A DNA stretch of 51,298 nt, the filler included, from Dirinaria sp. TL-2023a (taxonomy: Eukaryota), in the NCBI GenBank assembly GCA_051941275.1. It is 3 parts of 3 records of this genome, joined end to end, with 100 filler letters (N's around TTAATTAATTAA, not from the genome) between each part and the next. Parts side by side here need not be neighbours in the genome. Positions count along the whole stretch, not along the records: positions 1 to 17,050 come from JAVEBF010000456.1; 2 more parts are not named here. One strand, given 5' to 3'. This document shows positions 1 to 13,399 of the stretch, one piece after another. Under the pieces are notes generated by a model. That model searched no databases and was not told the origin of the DNA. It saw only the letters and a program-made list of their open reading frames with translations. Position numbers and translations under genes: made by a program. Every line of letters begins with the position of its first letter. The stretch's first letter is position 1.

Positions 1-276
1 CCCGCCGCCCGCCACACTACCTCCCTCCTCTTCTTCTCCCTCGCCTTGTTCGCCGCCGTGTACGGCGTCAGCTACGCCTACATGCTGCATCACCTCGTCA
101 ACCTTGTCGCCGCGTGGCTCGTGGCGATGCATTTCTCACGCAGCAATTTCTCGCTTCAGCGCTTAGGCCAGCTTTTGGAGGCTGGCGAGCCCGGTTGGGC
201 GGATGATGCTGGCGGCGGCGGTGGTGCTGGTGGTGCTACCGGTGGAGGCGGCGGAGGGGGGAAGAAGATGCCGTGA
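1..276 (+). CDS. BST1: 3' end of probable GPI inositol-deacylase (Bst1/PGAP1 family), partial
   Basis: Frame 1 is open from base 1: PAARHTTSLLFFSLALFAAVYGVSYAYMLHHLVNLVAAWLVAMHF...GGGGKKMP*. The hydrophobic segments match my recollection of the C-terminal TM helices of fungal Bst1. Only the tail is visible. Confidence 0.65.
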   Translation, partial: PAARHTTSLLFFSLALFAAVYGVSYAYMLHHLVNLVAAWLVAMHFSRSNFSLQRLGQLLEAGEPGWADDAGGGGGAGGATGGGGGGGKKMP

Positions 277-615
277 TAAGATACCCACGGCTTAATTAAT
301 CCTGGCGAGCTGGTGCATGTACCTATGTTTTTTTTTTTTTTTGTACACAAGTAGAAAAGAAACGAATGCAAACTGTTCATAGAAAAAGATGATTTTTTTT
401 TTTTTGCTCGTCATTGCGGGGGACATGGCACCGCATACTAGGTCATTTGGGAATTTCATCATGAGCTACCGGTTTCGCTGGACGGGACCCAGAAAAGAGT
501 ACCCCTACCAGGGCACGAGATACGTACTACGGATTTTTTCCGATTGGGAGTCTTTTTTTTTTTTTTTTTTTTTTTTCTACCAACCGTACCGAAATGTCAG
601 GAAAATATATTCATC

Positions 616-2738
616 TCAAGTGGGTACATGCGTGACAAGTGGCGACGGTCCCTCTCGCTCATCGATCCTCCCCACCTTCACCATCTCTCTCTCCCTCAGC
701 TTCTCGTCTGCCAGTTTTTTCGAGGCATTCTTCCGCTGCCTCTTGGCCTGCTGGAAAGCCTGCTTATACTGACCTCTGGCCCCGAACTTGATCTTTGTGA
801 TCATATCCCCCGCCTTGCCCCTGTTGATGTCGTTCCACTTGAGCTGTTGGCTCTTCTCTCTGAAGCTGTTGAGGAACTTGAGTTGCCCGTCGCTGGCAGA
901 GGCGTTGCGCCACGAAGCGGCGTGCGAGACCAGTTTGTAGACAAATTGCTCCTGAGCGTAGGTGTCTGCGGCGTGAACAATGTCCGAGAAGGCTTCGGCG
1001 GTGGCGATTTGCTGGGGCCGCATGTACGGACTTCTGGTGCCCTTCGCGCCTCCAGGCGATGCGGCGAGCTTTCTGGTGACCAATGCACGGTACTTGGGTG
1101 AGCTATCGGGATTCAGCTCGATTGTTATGTAGTCGCCAGAGGACGCGGAGAGTATGTAGCGGTCGAGGTCGACTCGGACCCAGGATAGCGCGCTCATGCT
1201 TCGAATATGTCGCTCACCAGACGTGTCGTCGATCAGATCCCAGACTGATTCATAGTGGGTAAAAGTCACTTCCTGAGACGGATCTGCGCTTTGGGAAGGC
1301 TGGCCGTACACAGGTACGCCTTGACTCGAATCTTGGAGGGTTGCCTCTTGGAGTTTCTTTATTTCATCCATATTGGCTTCTTTGACGAGAGCTGCAGGAT
1401 CAAGCCCAAACAACGTGGGAGTGGTAACGATACCGCTGTCAAGGGAGGCTACCATATCAACGATATGGCAATTGGCTTTGCCACGATGTAATCGCATGCC
1501 CCGACCTATCATTTGAACGAGGAGATTGCGAGATCTGGTAGGTCGGGCAAGCAGAACGCAATCAATGTTCGGAATGTCTGTACCTTCGGTGAAGACACCG
1601 CAGTTCAAAAGCACCGGAAAGTCTCCGTTCTTGAAGGCGTCCAACCTTTCACTGCGAGTGGTTCTGGAAGTGTTTCCAGTGATGTACCTAGCGTCAATCC
1701 CCTGAGCACGGAATTCATCCGTAAGGCCGCCCACATGAGCAAGGTCGACGCAGAACACTAGCGTGGATTTTCTTCCACGAGCGCTACGCCGCCAAGCTCG
1801 GACAGTGATTTGGTTTGTCTTTACGGTATTGACTGCCTTGGAGAGTTCGCTGGGCTGGAAGTCGCCAGAGCTAGCCTTTTTAACCCGCGAGATATCTGCT
1901 TTCGATTGCACAGTGGTGAAGATGACATCAGAAAGCCACTTTTCCCCGATCATGTCCACATAGTCCCTGAGCTGTCAGCATAGTTCTTTCCTTCTCTTTT
2001 GGCGCTACTCACTTATGGTATACTATATGATCGATGGCGTCACTAAGCCTCAGCCCATCAAATCGAGAGAGTGTCGCTGATACTCCTACCAGCGCTGGAC
2101 TGTGCAATTCCTCGTCACCTTCGACAACCCTGAAATGCCGTAGGGTATCCATATAGCTGGAAGCAACAATATGATGAGCCTCATCCACAAGTACGAGCTT
2201 GTAGAAGTCCGGATCGAACTTCGTTATCCGATCCCCGGAGGTAAGACTCCTGACTGAGGCCACCGTAATGTCTGCGTTGCCAGAAGCATGGAGATTGCCC
2301 ATTTCAATATCGATTGACTTCGTAGGGTAGGCATTGGCACAATGGCGAGCCGCCTGTTCGACCAATTCCCGACGATGGACTAGGATTAGTGTCTGTATGG
2401 CAGTAGGAGTCGGAGGCTTGACTCTATCTATAAGCTGGGTGAAAATAACCTGTAACTTTGTTAAAACGAAAGCAAGCACGAAAAATGCGTCTTACCGTCT
2501 TGCCGCTCCCAGTAGCAAGTGACACGCCTAACCTCTTATGCCCATTGTCGAGGTAAGATAGTACGGATTGTATACATTCTTCTTGATACTCCCTCAGGTG
2601 GATGGCAGTACCGCGCACCTCTTGAAGACTAGGCGATGTCTCGATACTTTGCCATCGTACCGAACCCCCCAGTCGTGCAAACTCTGAGCGAAAACACCGC
2701 AGGCGAAAGCAAAGAAAGCTCCGGGAGCTTGAGAGCAT
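616..2738 (-). CDS. IRC3: Mitochondrial DExH-box DNA helicase, Irc3-like (3 exons; introns 2450-2495 and 1967-2012)
   Basis: Arg/Ser-rich presequence, Q motif LREYQ, Walker [29 protein letters not shown] and [12 protein letters not shown] introns join ORFs 2424..2738, 2009..2479 and 616..1959 in frame. Confidence 0.9.
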
Positions 2739-3136
2739 CCCTCATTGTGAATTGAAGGCAGAGGTAATTTGTTTAAGGTATAAGAATCAGGAATGGAAAC
2801 GAACCCTCAGAACGAGCATCAATACAATGGTTGAGCTCTTAGGGCTGATTTAGGGTTCATCTATCTACTTTACCTTACATAGGTACGAGGCTCCGAGGGT
2901 ACCTACCTTAGGTTCCACACATAATCTTAGGTACTCACTGTATCTCTAAAGCAGACTCTGCTTTGTAGCGAAGATGAGAGAGGCAAATATGAGCTGAAGA
3001 ATTTGGCTTCTAGCTGTTCGGTCTCGATTCACATGCTGCACGAGCTCGCCGTATCAAAATCTGTGTTATTCTTGTGACAGGGCTTGAGCAAAATCTGTGC
3101 TGAACGTCCTTGAGATCATGAGTATGCCCACTGTTG

Positions 3137-5137
3137 ATGCACAATGTCATGAGCGAGACGAGTCAAGATCCAGACACAAACGCGGATGATTCCACTCATG
3201 ATGTCGACGACATTTCTGCATCTTCGTATTACGGATCGACCGATGATTCGCTGAATGCGTCACCTTCTAATCCGCTTCAGAATCTATCAGACACCGTATC
3301 CAGGAAGCGGAGAAACGAAGTGCTATGTTCAACAACAAATCAGAGTCGCAGGAAACGATTGAAGCCATACTACAACGATAGCTACCGTGAGCTTTTCAAT
3401 GAAACGGTGATTGATGCAGTGGATGGCGAAACTGGAAGCGGCGATGAAGATTTAAAACAAAGTCAGATTGGCATCACGAGCTGGTCCGCTTCCGAAAAAT
3501 CCCTTTTCTTCGACAATCTTGCTCGCAAAGGGCGCGATGAAATCCTTGAAATTGCTAAAGCCATAGGCACCAAAAGTGAGCCTGAAGTACGAGCGTACCT
3601 GCTTCTCCTCGATGAGGTTTCGACAAAACAGCAAATCTATTCGCCCAATGAATCCTTACCTGGACAGATTGAGATCCCAGCAGCCTCCGAGATCAGTCTA
3701 GCCTGTGCATCTGCCCTGGAAAATGCTGCAGATGCGCTAGCATTTCTCCAGCAAAAGGACGATGAGAAGGCCGAGAAACAGAAGCACGGTAGGCAATGGC
3801 AACTCACGGCTAAGTATATCAAGAAAGCCAGCAGGAGTCTAAGAAGAGACCCAGAGAATGCAACCCCAGGAGCTGAGCTGGTAACAGAAGCGAATCTCCT
3901 TAATCTGAAGAATTTTCTTGCCCTGACACAGCTCTTCTTCATGAACTCCTCCGACCCTGATTACCACTGGCAGACGCATGCAGTCGATGGGAAAGAGCGG
4001 CCATCAATTTTTTATACCGCCTTTTCTGACTTCAACAATCTTGTTCTCAGCGTCACGCAACGTTTGGTACGTGCAGCTATCTTTTTCGCCATTTCGAGAC
4101 TACGAGCAATGGATGGGTCAAGGATCAAAGCCAACCGTCAAGTAAGACGTAACGATGTCATAGCTGCTATAAATGTCCTTGGCATGAAGAAGGATCGCCA
4201 CGAATATTGGGTCGGCTTGGCGAGGCGATGTAAACTTAACGTCTACAAAATGGACGACGCGGAGCAGGAACTTAAGAGAAAGCTGAACCACGACATGGTT
4301 GAACAAGAACTAGATCGGCCGAGGGGCAAGCGGGGTTATTATATAAACAAATCCTCTGAAACCTCAAGCAGGGCCCCGAGCCTCTCAAGTCACGCTACGT
4401 CGTCAATCTCTTCCGATAGCACACCTGAGTTTCCTAGTTTCGCCAGTGAGTTGAGCACTCCCAGCGAAGCACCCCTCAATCAGCGCTCCCCCGAAGCAAT
4501 AAACGCACAAGACCAGCGCGATCGCGAAGAAGACGCCTATATTTCAGCCCTCGACCAGCAAGCGAGTCTGCGCGAAGAAAAACGTCTTTGGGATATGCTC
4601 GGCGAAACTACTCCCAATCCGATTGAGCCTGACGAGATCAACATTCCTAAAAAACCCCGAAATAAACCCATACCACTTGAAGATATCGGCGATTGGAGAC
4701 GATGGATTCACTATTCCCCAGAATGGGAGGTCGTAGGCCAAAGCAAGCCTGACTGGAGCAGGCAGCGACCAAGCTCCCACTTTCATCACAGTAAGGCGGC
4801 ACGGAGGGCTCCTTCTGGGACTAGACGCAAAGGCAAGGAGCGTATTACTGAGCCGATAGCTGGAGACAGTGTGGAAGATGAATCTGTAGGCTTTGATACA
4901 GAAACGTTGGACAGCGCCATGGATGAAGATCCCGACAACAGTTCCGACGGATCAGCGTCGTCGAAATCGTCCAGAGCAATCAAGAAATCCAGTGTTCAGG
5001 AATATGACTACGAAGGGAATATGGGATCAGCAGATTCTACTGATACGACAAACACCGACCACTTGGAAGATTCAGACGAACCTAGTGCTCAAAGCGCCGA
5101 GGAGCGAGACTCGGAAGATAGTTTAGACAGAGATTGA
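3137..5137 (+). CDS. RRN5: RNA polymerase I upstream activation factor subunit Rrn5-like (SANT/Myb plus histone-fold-like region)
   Basis: Single ~666-aa ORF. Myb-like WSASEKSLFFDNLARKG...IAKAIGTKSEPEVRAYL, the IPAASEIS motif, VRRNDVIAAINVLGM and an acidic tail. Confidence 0.75.
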   Translation: MHNVMSETSQDPDTNADDSTHDVDDISASSYYGSTDDSLNASPSNPLQNLSDTVSRKRRNEVLCSTTNQSRRKRLKPYYNDSYRELFNETVIDAVDGETGSGDEDLKQSQIGITSWSASEKSLFFDNLARKGRDEILEIAKAIGTKSEPEVRAYLLLLDEVSTKQQIYSPNESLPGQIEIPAASEISLACASALENAADALAFLQQKDDEKAEKQKHGRQWQLTAKYIKKASRSLRRDPENATPGAELVTEANLLNLKNFLALTQLFFMNSSDPDYHWQTHAVDGKERPSIFYTAFSDFNNLVLSVTQRLVRAAIFFAISRLRAMDGSRIKANRQVRRNDVIAAINVLGMKKDRHEYWVGLARRCKLNVYKMDDAEQELKRKLNHDMVEQELDRPRGKRGYYINKSSETSSRAPSLSSHATSSISSDSTPEFPSFASELSTPSEAPLNQRSPEAINAQDQRDREEDAYISALDQQASLREEKRLWDMLGETTPNPIEPDEINIPKKPRNKPIPLEDIGDWRRWIHYSPEWEVVGQSKPDWSRQRPSSHFHHSKAARRAPSGTRRKGKERITEPIAGDSVEDESVGFDTETLDSAMDEDPDNSSDGSASSKSSRAIKKSSVQEYDYEGNMGSADSTDTTNTDHLEDSDEPSAQSAEERDSEDSLDRD

Positions 5138-5826
5138 TGAAAAATTAGACGGATTCGGATATCCTCGCAGTGTACTCTGATAGTAATAGTTTGCCAGACC
5201 GGCAAAAACTTGTGATCGGTTTTAAGGGTTGTATGTATTTTAAGTCAAGGGTTGATATATGGTTCAAACTCTCTCTCATTTTCCTGCGAGTGGTTCAGCG
5301 ATATACTAATCCATACTTTATGTGATTACTCCTACTATGGCCAATCAAATACTTCTTTGACAACTTGTTGAAATGCCGAATGACGCTTATATCTTGAATT
5401 TTTTCTAGATTATCGTCATCTCGTTAACAAGTTTTTGTCATGAAGTGCTGATTGATACGCCTGAAATCAGCGAACTCTATCAGAGCAAATGGGATTTCGG
5501 CGAATGCTAAGAACTTTTCACCTGCACCATGAAAACCTCTTTAAAATATACCGTGATATATCAGGATCTTCCGCGATTTTGACTCCTTGTAAAGGAGGGT
5601 CTACTGTGTATAAGGGTTTTGATAACCGGTTAGATTCGGGAGGAACGACTTATCATCCATGGTAATGCTAGATTATACACGTTTTCTATTTGTCTTCTTG
5701 CAGGCTTTTAGCTAGGGGGCCCAAAGACTACATTACCCGTTGGTAAGGTAGATACCTCCTCCATTGCGCCTCTTGGAACTCGTACACCCGAAAGACGCCA
5801 TAATACCACCATCATCATTGTCACAC

Positions 5827-8105
5827 TCACATCTCGAACTTCCTCCACCCCTTCTCCCCCTCCTGCAGCGGTCGAACCTCCGCTCTCCCCTCCCCGGCCA
5901 CAAACTCCAACCGGTCGCCGCCGCCCGGTTCCGCCTTGCCCTCCACTTTCAAACCCTGCATCGCCCTCTCCGCCTCCGCGACCCTTTTGCGGAACGCGAC
6001 TCTCTCCAAGAATAGTTCCCTGCGACCCCTCTCCAGCTCCTTGCGCTCGGCCTGCAAAAGCGCCTCCATCTCCTGGAACTGCTTCATTTTGAGATCCATC
6101 TTCTGCAGGGAGAGGTTCACGGCCGCGCTGACGAGGCGCGTCATTTCGCGCTCCTCATTGCTGGCGAGAGCCGAGGAGCGTGCGGCTGAGGCGGCAAGGG
6201 CGAGTGTGGGTAACGGATTAGCGGGTTTTTCTTGTTGTTGCGGGGAGCGGGAGCGGGAGCGGGAGCGGGTGGCGATTGTGGTCGAGGGATGTGGTTGGGG
6301 TGAGGAGGTGGTGTCGATGTCCATCGCTTCTGCGCTCGTCGTCGTCGTTATTGTTGTGGTGGCTGTTTCCGGTTTGATGGTCTCGGAGGCCTTTCCCTTA
6401 TCTTCTGGTGGCGCGGCGGTGGAAGGTGACTCGCCGCCAATACCCCCTTCAAGGCGCTTTTGCAGATTCTTGCGCGTTTCGTCGACCCAGCGCCCAGCTG
6501 TTGACGCTGCGACGGATGGATCTGCCATGCCAGCCAGGAAGCTGACAACGGACATGACAGGGTTCTCGGCTTGGTTGAAAGGGACGCGACCTTGGTCAAG
6601 AGCGCCATAGGATTCGGGCTCGGCTTCTAGGTATTTGTCTTCGATTTCGAGTTGCAGGAATTTCATCACACACTCCTCGCGCGTGCGGGTGCCTACGTAG
6701 TCGGAGATCTTGTCCCAGTTGTCCGTATCTTCTTCCAGCGCTTCGAGCAGCAGGAGGAGTTCTTTATCCGACCATGGCGCATCGTGGTCAGGCACGCGTG
6801 TATAGTCCTCGTCCTCAAGCTTTACGTAGTCTGTTGCTTGGTGGTTGAGGGGCTTTCTGCCACCCGCAAAGCAAGTACGGCAGAGGTCAAATTGCATTTT
6901 CGCCACGACTCCACCGGTAGCTGAAGGTGCGCTTTTAGCATAGTGGTAGCGTAGTCGAGTGCAGTCGATTCCGCAAGAGTAGCAAAAGACGGATTTTTTG
7001 GACTCTTTAGCGATCTCCTCCAAAGCTTTTGTGGCGCCTTCACCTGAAGTAGCGCCGTTTGAGGTCCCCTCTTCGCCATTTGCTTGCTTGTCTTTGGCTG
7101 GAGTTACGTCTTTACCGCTCTGATCGTAGATATTCCGACCGATCTCGAGATTCAGGCGAGATTTTGGTGTTAGTTCCTTGGTACTGTATGAGACGCCTAG
7201 CTTCTCAGACTGTTCTGATTTGAATGATGGCTGAAACGGCTGGATGGCACGAGGTGTGTCAACTTGGGTGCGGAAGTGGCCTGTGAATGGGGGGCCAATT
7301 GCAGAAGGTCGCGTTTCTGGGTCGATCTGGAAAACTCAGCAACGCACCTGGGATTAGCATGTGCAGGACCTACCTGATAGTTGATTAAGCCCCATTGTTC
7401 TAAGAAGGCATGAACCCGCATTATTGCGCATACATCCCCAGCCAGATTTCGCCGGCAAGCAGTGACGGTGAGGTATTCGCTGGGATTTAGCCGGTATGTG
7501 TTTATCATAAAGTCCCGGTAGTCCTTATAGACCGCTGGAGTCTTGCTGCGGTTCCGGCTATTGAAGAACTCGGGAAGTCCCTTTTTCTCCATGGGACTAA
7601 TATGATGCATGTCAAACCAGCTGGCGTAGCTCGGCAATATAATAGATTGCTTTCCCTGTGATACCAGATGTGCCCGGGCTGCATTAGTGATGGATGATTC
7701 GGTCTGTGTTGGCTGCCCATCAATTGCGCCTTCCTGCTGCTGTTGATCCTCTTTCTCAGGGCTACCATTCTCTTTTGGAGCCTCGTCCATTCCTGCCATT
7801 TCCTCGTCCTCTTTATCTTCATCGACATCACCTGGTGGAGGCGCAGCCGGCGCATCGAGTGGATTGTCCGATATTGTTGGTGTGTTTTCCGCTTTGGGAG
7901 TTGTTATAGGCTGGAGGTTATCATAACCTGAGGATGCCCCAAGGACTGCAGCAGCTGCATTCAGGTAGACTTTACCTAAATTACTTTCAGAGGCTCCGCC
8001 GTTACTGACTCCAGGGTCGCCCTGGTTGGCTGCGACCGGGGCTTGGGTTGACTCGTCAAGCATATGCGTACTCGAGTCGCCTAGCTGTGGAGAGCCGCCC
8101 TCCAT
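5827..8105 (-). CDS. RSC8: SWI/SNF-RSC chromatin remodelling subunit (Rsc8/Ssr2/Swi3 family); intron 7327-7373; start codon uncertain
   Basis: SWIRM domain ([10 protein letters not shown]...[52 protein letters not shown]), ZZ-like CxxC pairs, SANT ([14 protein letters not shown]...[15 protein letters not shown]) and a C-terminal coiled coil. Confidence 0.9.
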
Positions 8106-8565
8106 GCTGTTTGGTGGAATCCAAGGTTCCGTTTGCGACTGGCTTGCTCTTTCGTCTCCGTGTTGTTGTTGTATCTTGGTCTGATTGAGGTTAATGAGCA
8201 AAAGCGATTCGTGCACCTGGCTCAGCTAGAAGATGGTGGGAGATAGCACACGAGAGCGATATGCCCACGGATCGAGTGGCACTATATCAGTTGGCTGGTT
8301 TGTTTGATACAACAAGGTTTGCCCGACCGGTCGCGGTACTCTGGACTCCCTAGAGGTACTGCGATAATCTGATGTTCTGCAACGCGACCTGAGCCGCTAC
8401 TTTTAGCCAAGGCGCTAGAGCGAGCGCTAGGGCCACCGGCACTCCGAAGCCGCCCCGACGTTTTTCCGCTACCTCGGCTTCCAATCCATAGGAAATGGAG
8501 CGAGGGAGCGTTCTACCTAATCGTCACAGATCATGAGGTGATAACTTGGATCCGATCAAGGTAAG

Positions 8566-9768
8566 ATGATGCAATGTGTCCCAAAATGTGTCTTGAGGCA
8601 ATTAAGGTCTCCATCTCACACTTCTCCATATTTTCGACAACAGCAATCTGCTCTTGTTCGGCTCCTTAGCTCCCTCGCTGTTCTTGAGCAACGCGATGGA
8701 AAGCTGCAAAATGCCTCTCTCTCCGCAGTCACAGCTGCTCAGAAGCTTGGTGGCTCCATTACCGGTATAGTTGCCGGCAGTAATATCAAATCAGTGGCCG
8801 AGGAAGCAGCGAAAGTGAAGGGTGTCGAAAAGATCGTCTTTGTGGAAAATGGCTCCTATGACAAGGTGGTGTTGGCCGCCGACGCACATACACTCACCCT
8901 GACCAGTCAATAGGGCCTCCCAGAAAACTACGCTCCCATGTTGGCTGAAAACATAAAGAAAGGCCAATTCACCCACGTATTCGCAGGTCATTCGGCGTTC
9001 GGCAAGAATCTTCTACCTAGAGTAGCAGCACTGTTGGATGTACAGCAAGTTTCGGACATTACAAGCATCGAGAGCGAAGACAGTACGTTCACGGACGATT
9101 GCAATGACCCTAAACCTAGCGTTGATTGTATCTTACAGCCTTTGTACGACCAATATACGCCGGCAATGCCATTTTGACGGTTCAGAGTTCAGATCCGATC
9201 AAAATTGTAACAATAAGAGGCACAGCTTTTGCACCAGCTGAAGCCGAGGGACCCTCAGCAGAGATTACTGAGGGAGTCGACCCTCAAGTCCAGACATCGA
9301 CGGAATGGCTTTCGGAAGACCTTGCCAAATCCGATCGGCCTGAACTCGCGTCTGCAAGTAAGGTGGTCTCAGGTGGAAGAGGTCTCAAGTCCAAAGAACA
9401 ATTTGACAAGATCATCCCACCGCTTGCAGATGCTCTGGGAGCAGCTATTGGCGCCTCCAGAGCCGCCGTCGACAGCGGCTTTGCGGACAACAGTCTTCAA
9501 GTCGGGCAGACCGGCAAGAACGTCGCCCCGCAGCTGTACCTATGCGCCGGCATTTCGGGGGCGATTCAACATCTCGCCGGTATGAAAGACAGCAAGGTTA
9601 TAGCTTGCATCAACAAGGATGGGGATGCTCCGATATTCCAAGGTCGGTCGAGTCCAGTTCCGGACGGGGATGCTTCATTCGCTAACCTTAGCAACAGTGG
9701 CTGACGTTGGTCTGGTCGGAGATTTGTTTGAAAAGGTGCCGGAGTTGACTGAGAAGCTAAAGCAATAG
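8566..9768 (+). CDS. ETFA: Electron transfer flavoprotein alpha subunit, mitochondrial (introns 8866-8913, 9083-9138, 9643-9697)
   Basis: [58 protein letters not shown] and INKD. Spliced frame ends [23 protein letters not shown]. Confidence 0.96.
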
Positions 9769-10476
9769 CGAAAGTCTATACTCCGTACTGCTTGACGTAT
9801 ATGTCCGTTTGAATTAAGACGACGCATGACATTGGGATTCCCGTGACTTGGGAGCAAGTCTGTACGGCCGACATAAGTGCTTCAGCGACAGGATAGCGTT
9901 CAGTTACTCCCTCACTCTTCGAGAGAGCAACTGGTGGCTCATCATAGCACCTTGATTCGGCTGGCTCAGGGTAGAGGTTCTCTTATCCGATCATACCTTA
10001 CTCACTACTACTGAGCTGCTGCTGTATGATGTTTTCCGAATGCGATGTAGTCTCGAGTGATTTTCGAGTGATTGACGTGATAGCTGTGCTTGACGCAGAC
10101 ATAAGCGCCGCCTCGAATGGCTTAAGTCGCCCGGACTTTACCTTTAAAGGATGTTGCTTGATTGTTTGGTTGCTTGGCAAGATCCTCTTTCGTACTATCT
10201 CGCGTCGCCTCAGTCCCACGCGATACCGACTTGGGTACCGCCGTGAGCTCATCCTTCCCGAAGCTGCAGCAGCAGCCCCCAGCGACCCCCAGTAGGCCCC
10301 AGTAGTGCAGCGATGCGTTGCCCTGCTTCCTCAAGCTACCTTTACTCCTCTAACCATCCTGGGATGCTCCCCACGCTCCCCATGCCGCGCCCTCGGCCTC
10401 CGTTCCCGAGTCAAAACGTACATCCGGCAGGAAAAAGGCTCCATATTATTTCCATCCTATATCCGACGACACCGTA

Positions 10477-12507
10477 ATGGACGAGAAATCATCAACATCC
10501 AATCCTGCAAATAATAGGACTGACCTTAGCCTGGATCCTTACGTGTCTCCCCGGCATGCATCTCCGTCTCCCCAAACTCCCACGCCCGCTGAGGATCCAG
10601 CAAAAGCCAAGCAACCCCGCAAGCGCAACAAACCGAGCCTTAGCTGCGAGACGTGTACCGTCAAGAAAAGTACGTGCAAACTGTTTCATCCTGTCTTCCT
10701 AATATCCGTGATGCGCACTTGCCGGCTCCGGCCGCCTTGGTTTCCGTTGCCTTGTGTACTTCCAGGCGTCGACGCTGACTCTCCATCCTGCATTAGCCAA
10801 GTGCGACCGTGGGCGGCCAAGGTGCCTTGCATGCTTAAAGCGGAGGTCCACATGTTCCTACTCGCAGCTTGCAGACCTGATCGAGGAGCAGCATAAAGCG
10901 CTAGGTATCGACAGTCCACGCAAGAAACTCAAGCAGCAAGTGCGGTTGCCGCCTCAGAGTCCTGGCCCTGGATCCGGGCTATCAAGTCGACAAGATGGCC
11001 ATGGCTCCATATCCAAGGAGCGCAGATTGTCTCGCTCCTCGACTGGGTCTTCTCCCATGCTGCTGTCCAACATGCCCTTCTCTCATCCGACTGCGTCAAA
11101 TGTTTTCAAAGCCGAACATCCCTTCAGCAACTACTGGACCCTTGCCGGAGGGTTGGCGGAGGTGGTGCAAGTACTACCCAGTAAAGATCAGTCAGATATC
11201 TTGATCGCGAAGTATTTCGATGTGGTAGATCCCGTGTATCCGATGATCGACCAAGCTTCGTTTCGACTGGACTATGACCATATCTGGTCACTGCCACCCC
11301 TGGAACGAAGACACGCTGATGCCTCACTGGTCGCTCTTGTCTTCGTCATGCTAGCTATGGGAACTCAATTTGTGGCTTCGCCTTCTGCGGCGCAAAAGGA
11401 GCAGACGGCCGAGTTCTACGTCTCGGCTTCTCACCAGGCCCTCCGCATGTTCTCCTATCTCAGCAGGCCGTCGCTTCGGTCCGTTCAGACCATGGTTCTC
11501 ATCACCTACTTCCTGATGAATGATAACCACGGGTCCGATGCTTACGCTTTTGCGGGGATCCTGATCCGTCAGGCATACGCCTTGGGTCTGAACCGGGATC
11601 CCTCGCTTGTGGTACCCATTGGCTCTCGCTACGAAATGCAGCAGCGTCGGAAGCTCTGGCAAGCCGTTTTCCTCCAAGACACGTTCTTTACCATCATCTT
11701 GAAATTGCCACCAACAGCCACCCACAATGACGTTCGTGTCGAGGATCTCGACGAGACAGACGAAGATCCCAACCTCAACGCTGGCGCAAACGATATTTCC
11801 TACATTCGATCGTTCTGGAATTTAGCCAACTTGTGCCAAACGGCCCTGTGTACACCCCGCGCGCTTTCACTGCCGGTATCAGCATCGGCAGCAGCTCGAT
11901 CGCGGCTCGTGGCTTCGTTTCACAGGCTGTATACTTCCTTCCCTCCGCCGTTCCGTACATTCAGCGAAGCGGCCATCTGTGAATTGGCGAAGCACAGTCA
12001 GCGGCTAGCACGGCAGACGTTATTCCTGACCAGCAACTATTATCACTGCCTCATGCTGGTCTACGTCGACGAGAGCGAGGATCTTTCACTCGATCTAAAG
12101 GGAACGCTAGATGCGGCTCACGAGGCTATCAACAGCTTCTTCCTCCTGCACACCTTATTTCAAGACGAGGCACGGGTTTGGTTCCATTTTCAACACAGGG
12201 CGTATTCGGAAGCGGTACGTTTCTCGTCGCCTCCTCTCTCCCACACTTTGATGCTACGCTATCATGCGAAAAAACCCCCTTTATCATCTTGATAGATTAA
12301 AAAAAGACTAACCGTATCATAATAAAAAAACTACAGGTCGTGATCGCGGAACTCATCAAGAACAAACCGGAGGATTTCTCCTCCATGGATCCCATGTACA
12401 TGCGGGCGAAGAACGACCTGCTCCGTATGATCGGCATCCTGCAGCTGACCAGCGAGGTGGACATCGTGAGCAGGACTCGTGTCGGCGTTTTGAGCAATTA
12501 TCTGTAG
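10477..12507 (+). CDS. Zn(II)2Cys6 fungal transcription factor with fungal-specific middle homology region (introns 10670-10796, 12215-12336)
   Basis: The spliced cluster reads SCETCTVKKT|KCDRGRPRCLACLKRRSTCSY (six Cys). Middle-region motifs AYALGLNRDP and RRKLWQAVFLQD. Last exon ends TAG at 12505-12507. Confidence 0.92.
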
Positions 12508-12540
12508 GTAGGTAGGTAAGGTAGGTAGGTAGGTAGGTGG
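12505..12540 (+). repeat. (TAGG)n / GGTAA-type microsatellite immediately after the stop codon
   Basis: taggtaggtaggtaaggtaggtaggtaggtaggtgg. Confidence 0.85.
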
Positions 12541-13399
12541 GTATGTAGGAAAACGGGGTATATAGACACACGTATACACACGCAGCGTTACAAACAGCGG
12601 ATCTTGATTTCCTCCAATAGAAACTCATGATTGTAGAGAGGGAGGGAGGAAGGGAGTCGGCGTGCATATAAGGTGGGGGAAAGGAAATGTATTTAACTAC
12701 AACACAAAGCACACTGAGCTAGAAATGCAACTGCCGCTCAGGATTCGCTCGCTCATCCTTCAACTTTTGGTTTTTAATTGAAGAAATAAACGAAATTTTC
12801 TTTCTCTCTGTCTCTCCTTTTTCTTTTTTTTGGTAGGCTGTCTTGGGTGGCTTTTCATTTTATCGGGTTGGCGGATTATGTCAGGTAAGGTACTGCAGGA
12901 CCTTTAAGGGAAGAGAGAGAGAGAGGTAAGGTATCTTACCTTATTGTTTGTGGGAGCGCCGTTTATTCACCCATAGAACGCTTATATGACATGATATTCG
13001 ACCTTAGATTTTCGCACCGCTTTTCCCTCCCTTTCACTCAAGGTTTTGTAACTTTCGTTTCCAGTCTTTTGAGCATTACCTTATTCATTTCTCATCGAAA
13101 AACCATTGCGGGGGAAAGATATACGGATATTTCAATCATAGGTTAACCCCTAAGCCATACACGAGCAAATATTTACATATCAATGGAATATCTGGAAAGC
13201 TTTGAACAGTTACCATCATGCTTTTTTCCTATACTCCCAGATCTCCCAATATGCAAGAACAGGCATATATTTTCATCTTCCAAAACCGCAGAACTGATCA
13301 AGAATAAAACCGAGTTATATCCGTTCAAGGCAACAAGAACTTGCTGCAACGCATACAGAAGAGTCCCACCATCCTTAGCATCCTGAGCCCCAATGTCCG

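Noticed and set aside
2838..2857. TTAGGG telomere-like hexamers (also ~43252)
   Set aside because: Only one or two isolated copies, with no tandem array.
5936..6610. Long antisense ORFs (also 544..1101, 14431..14985, 49383..49988 and others)
   Set aside because: They are shadows of GC-rich coding strands with no independent protein features.
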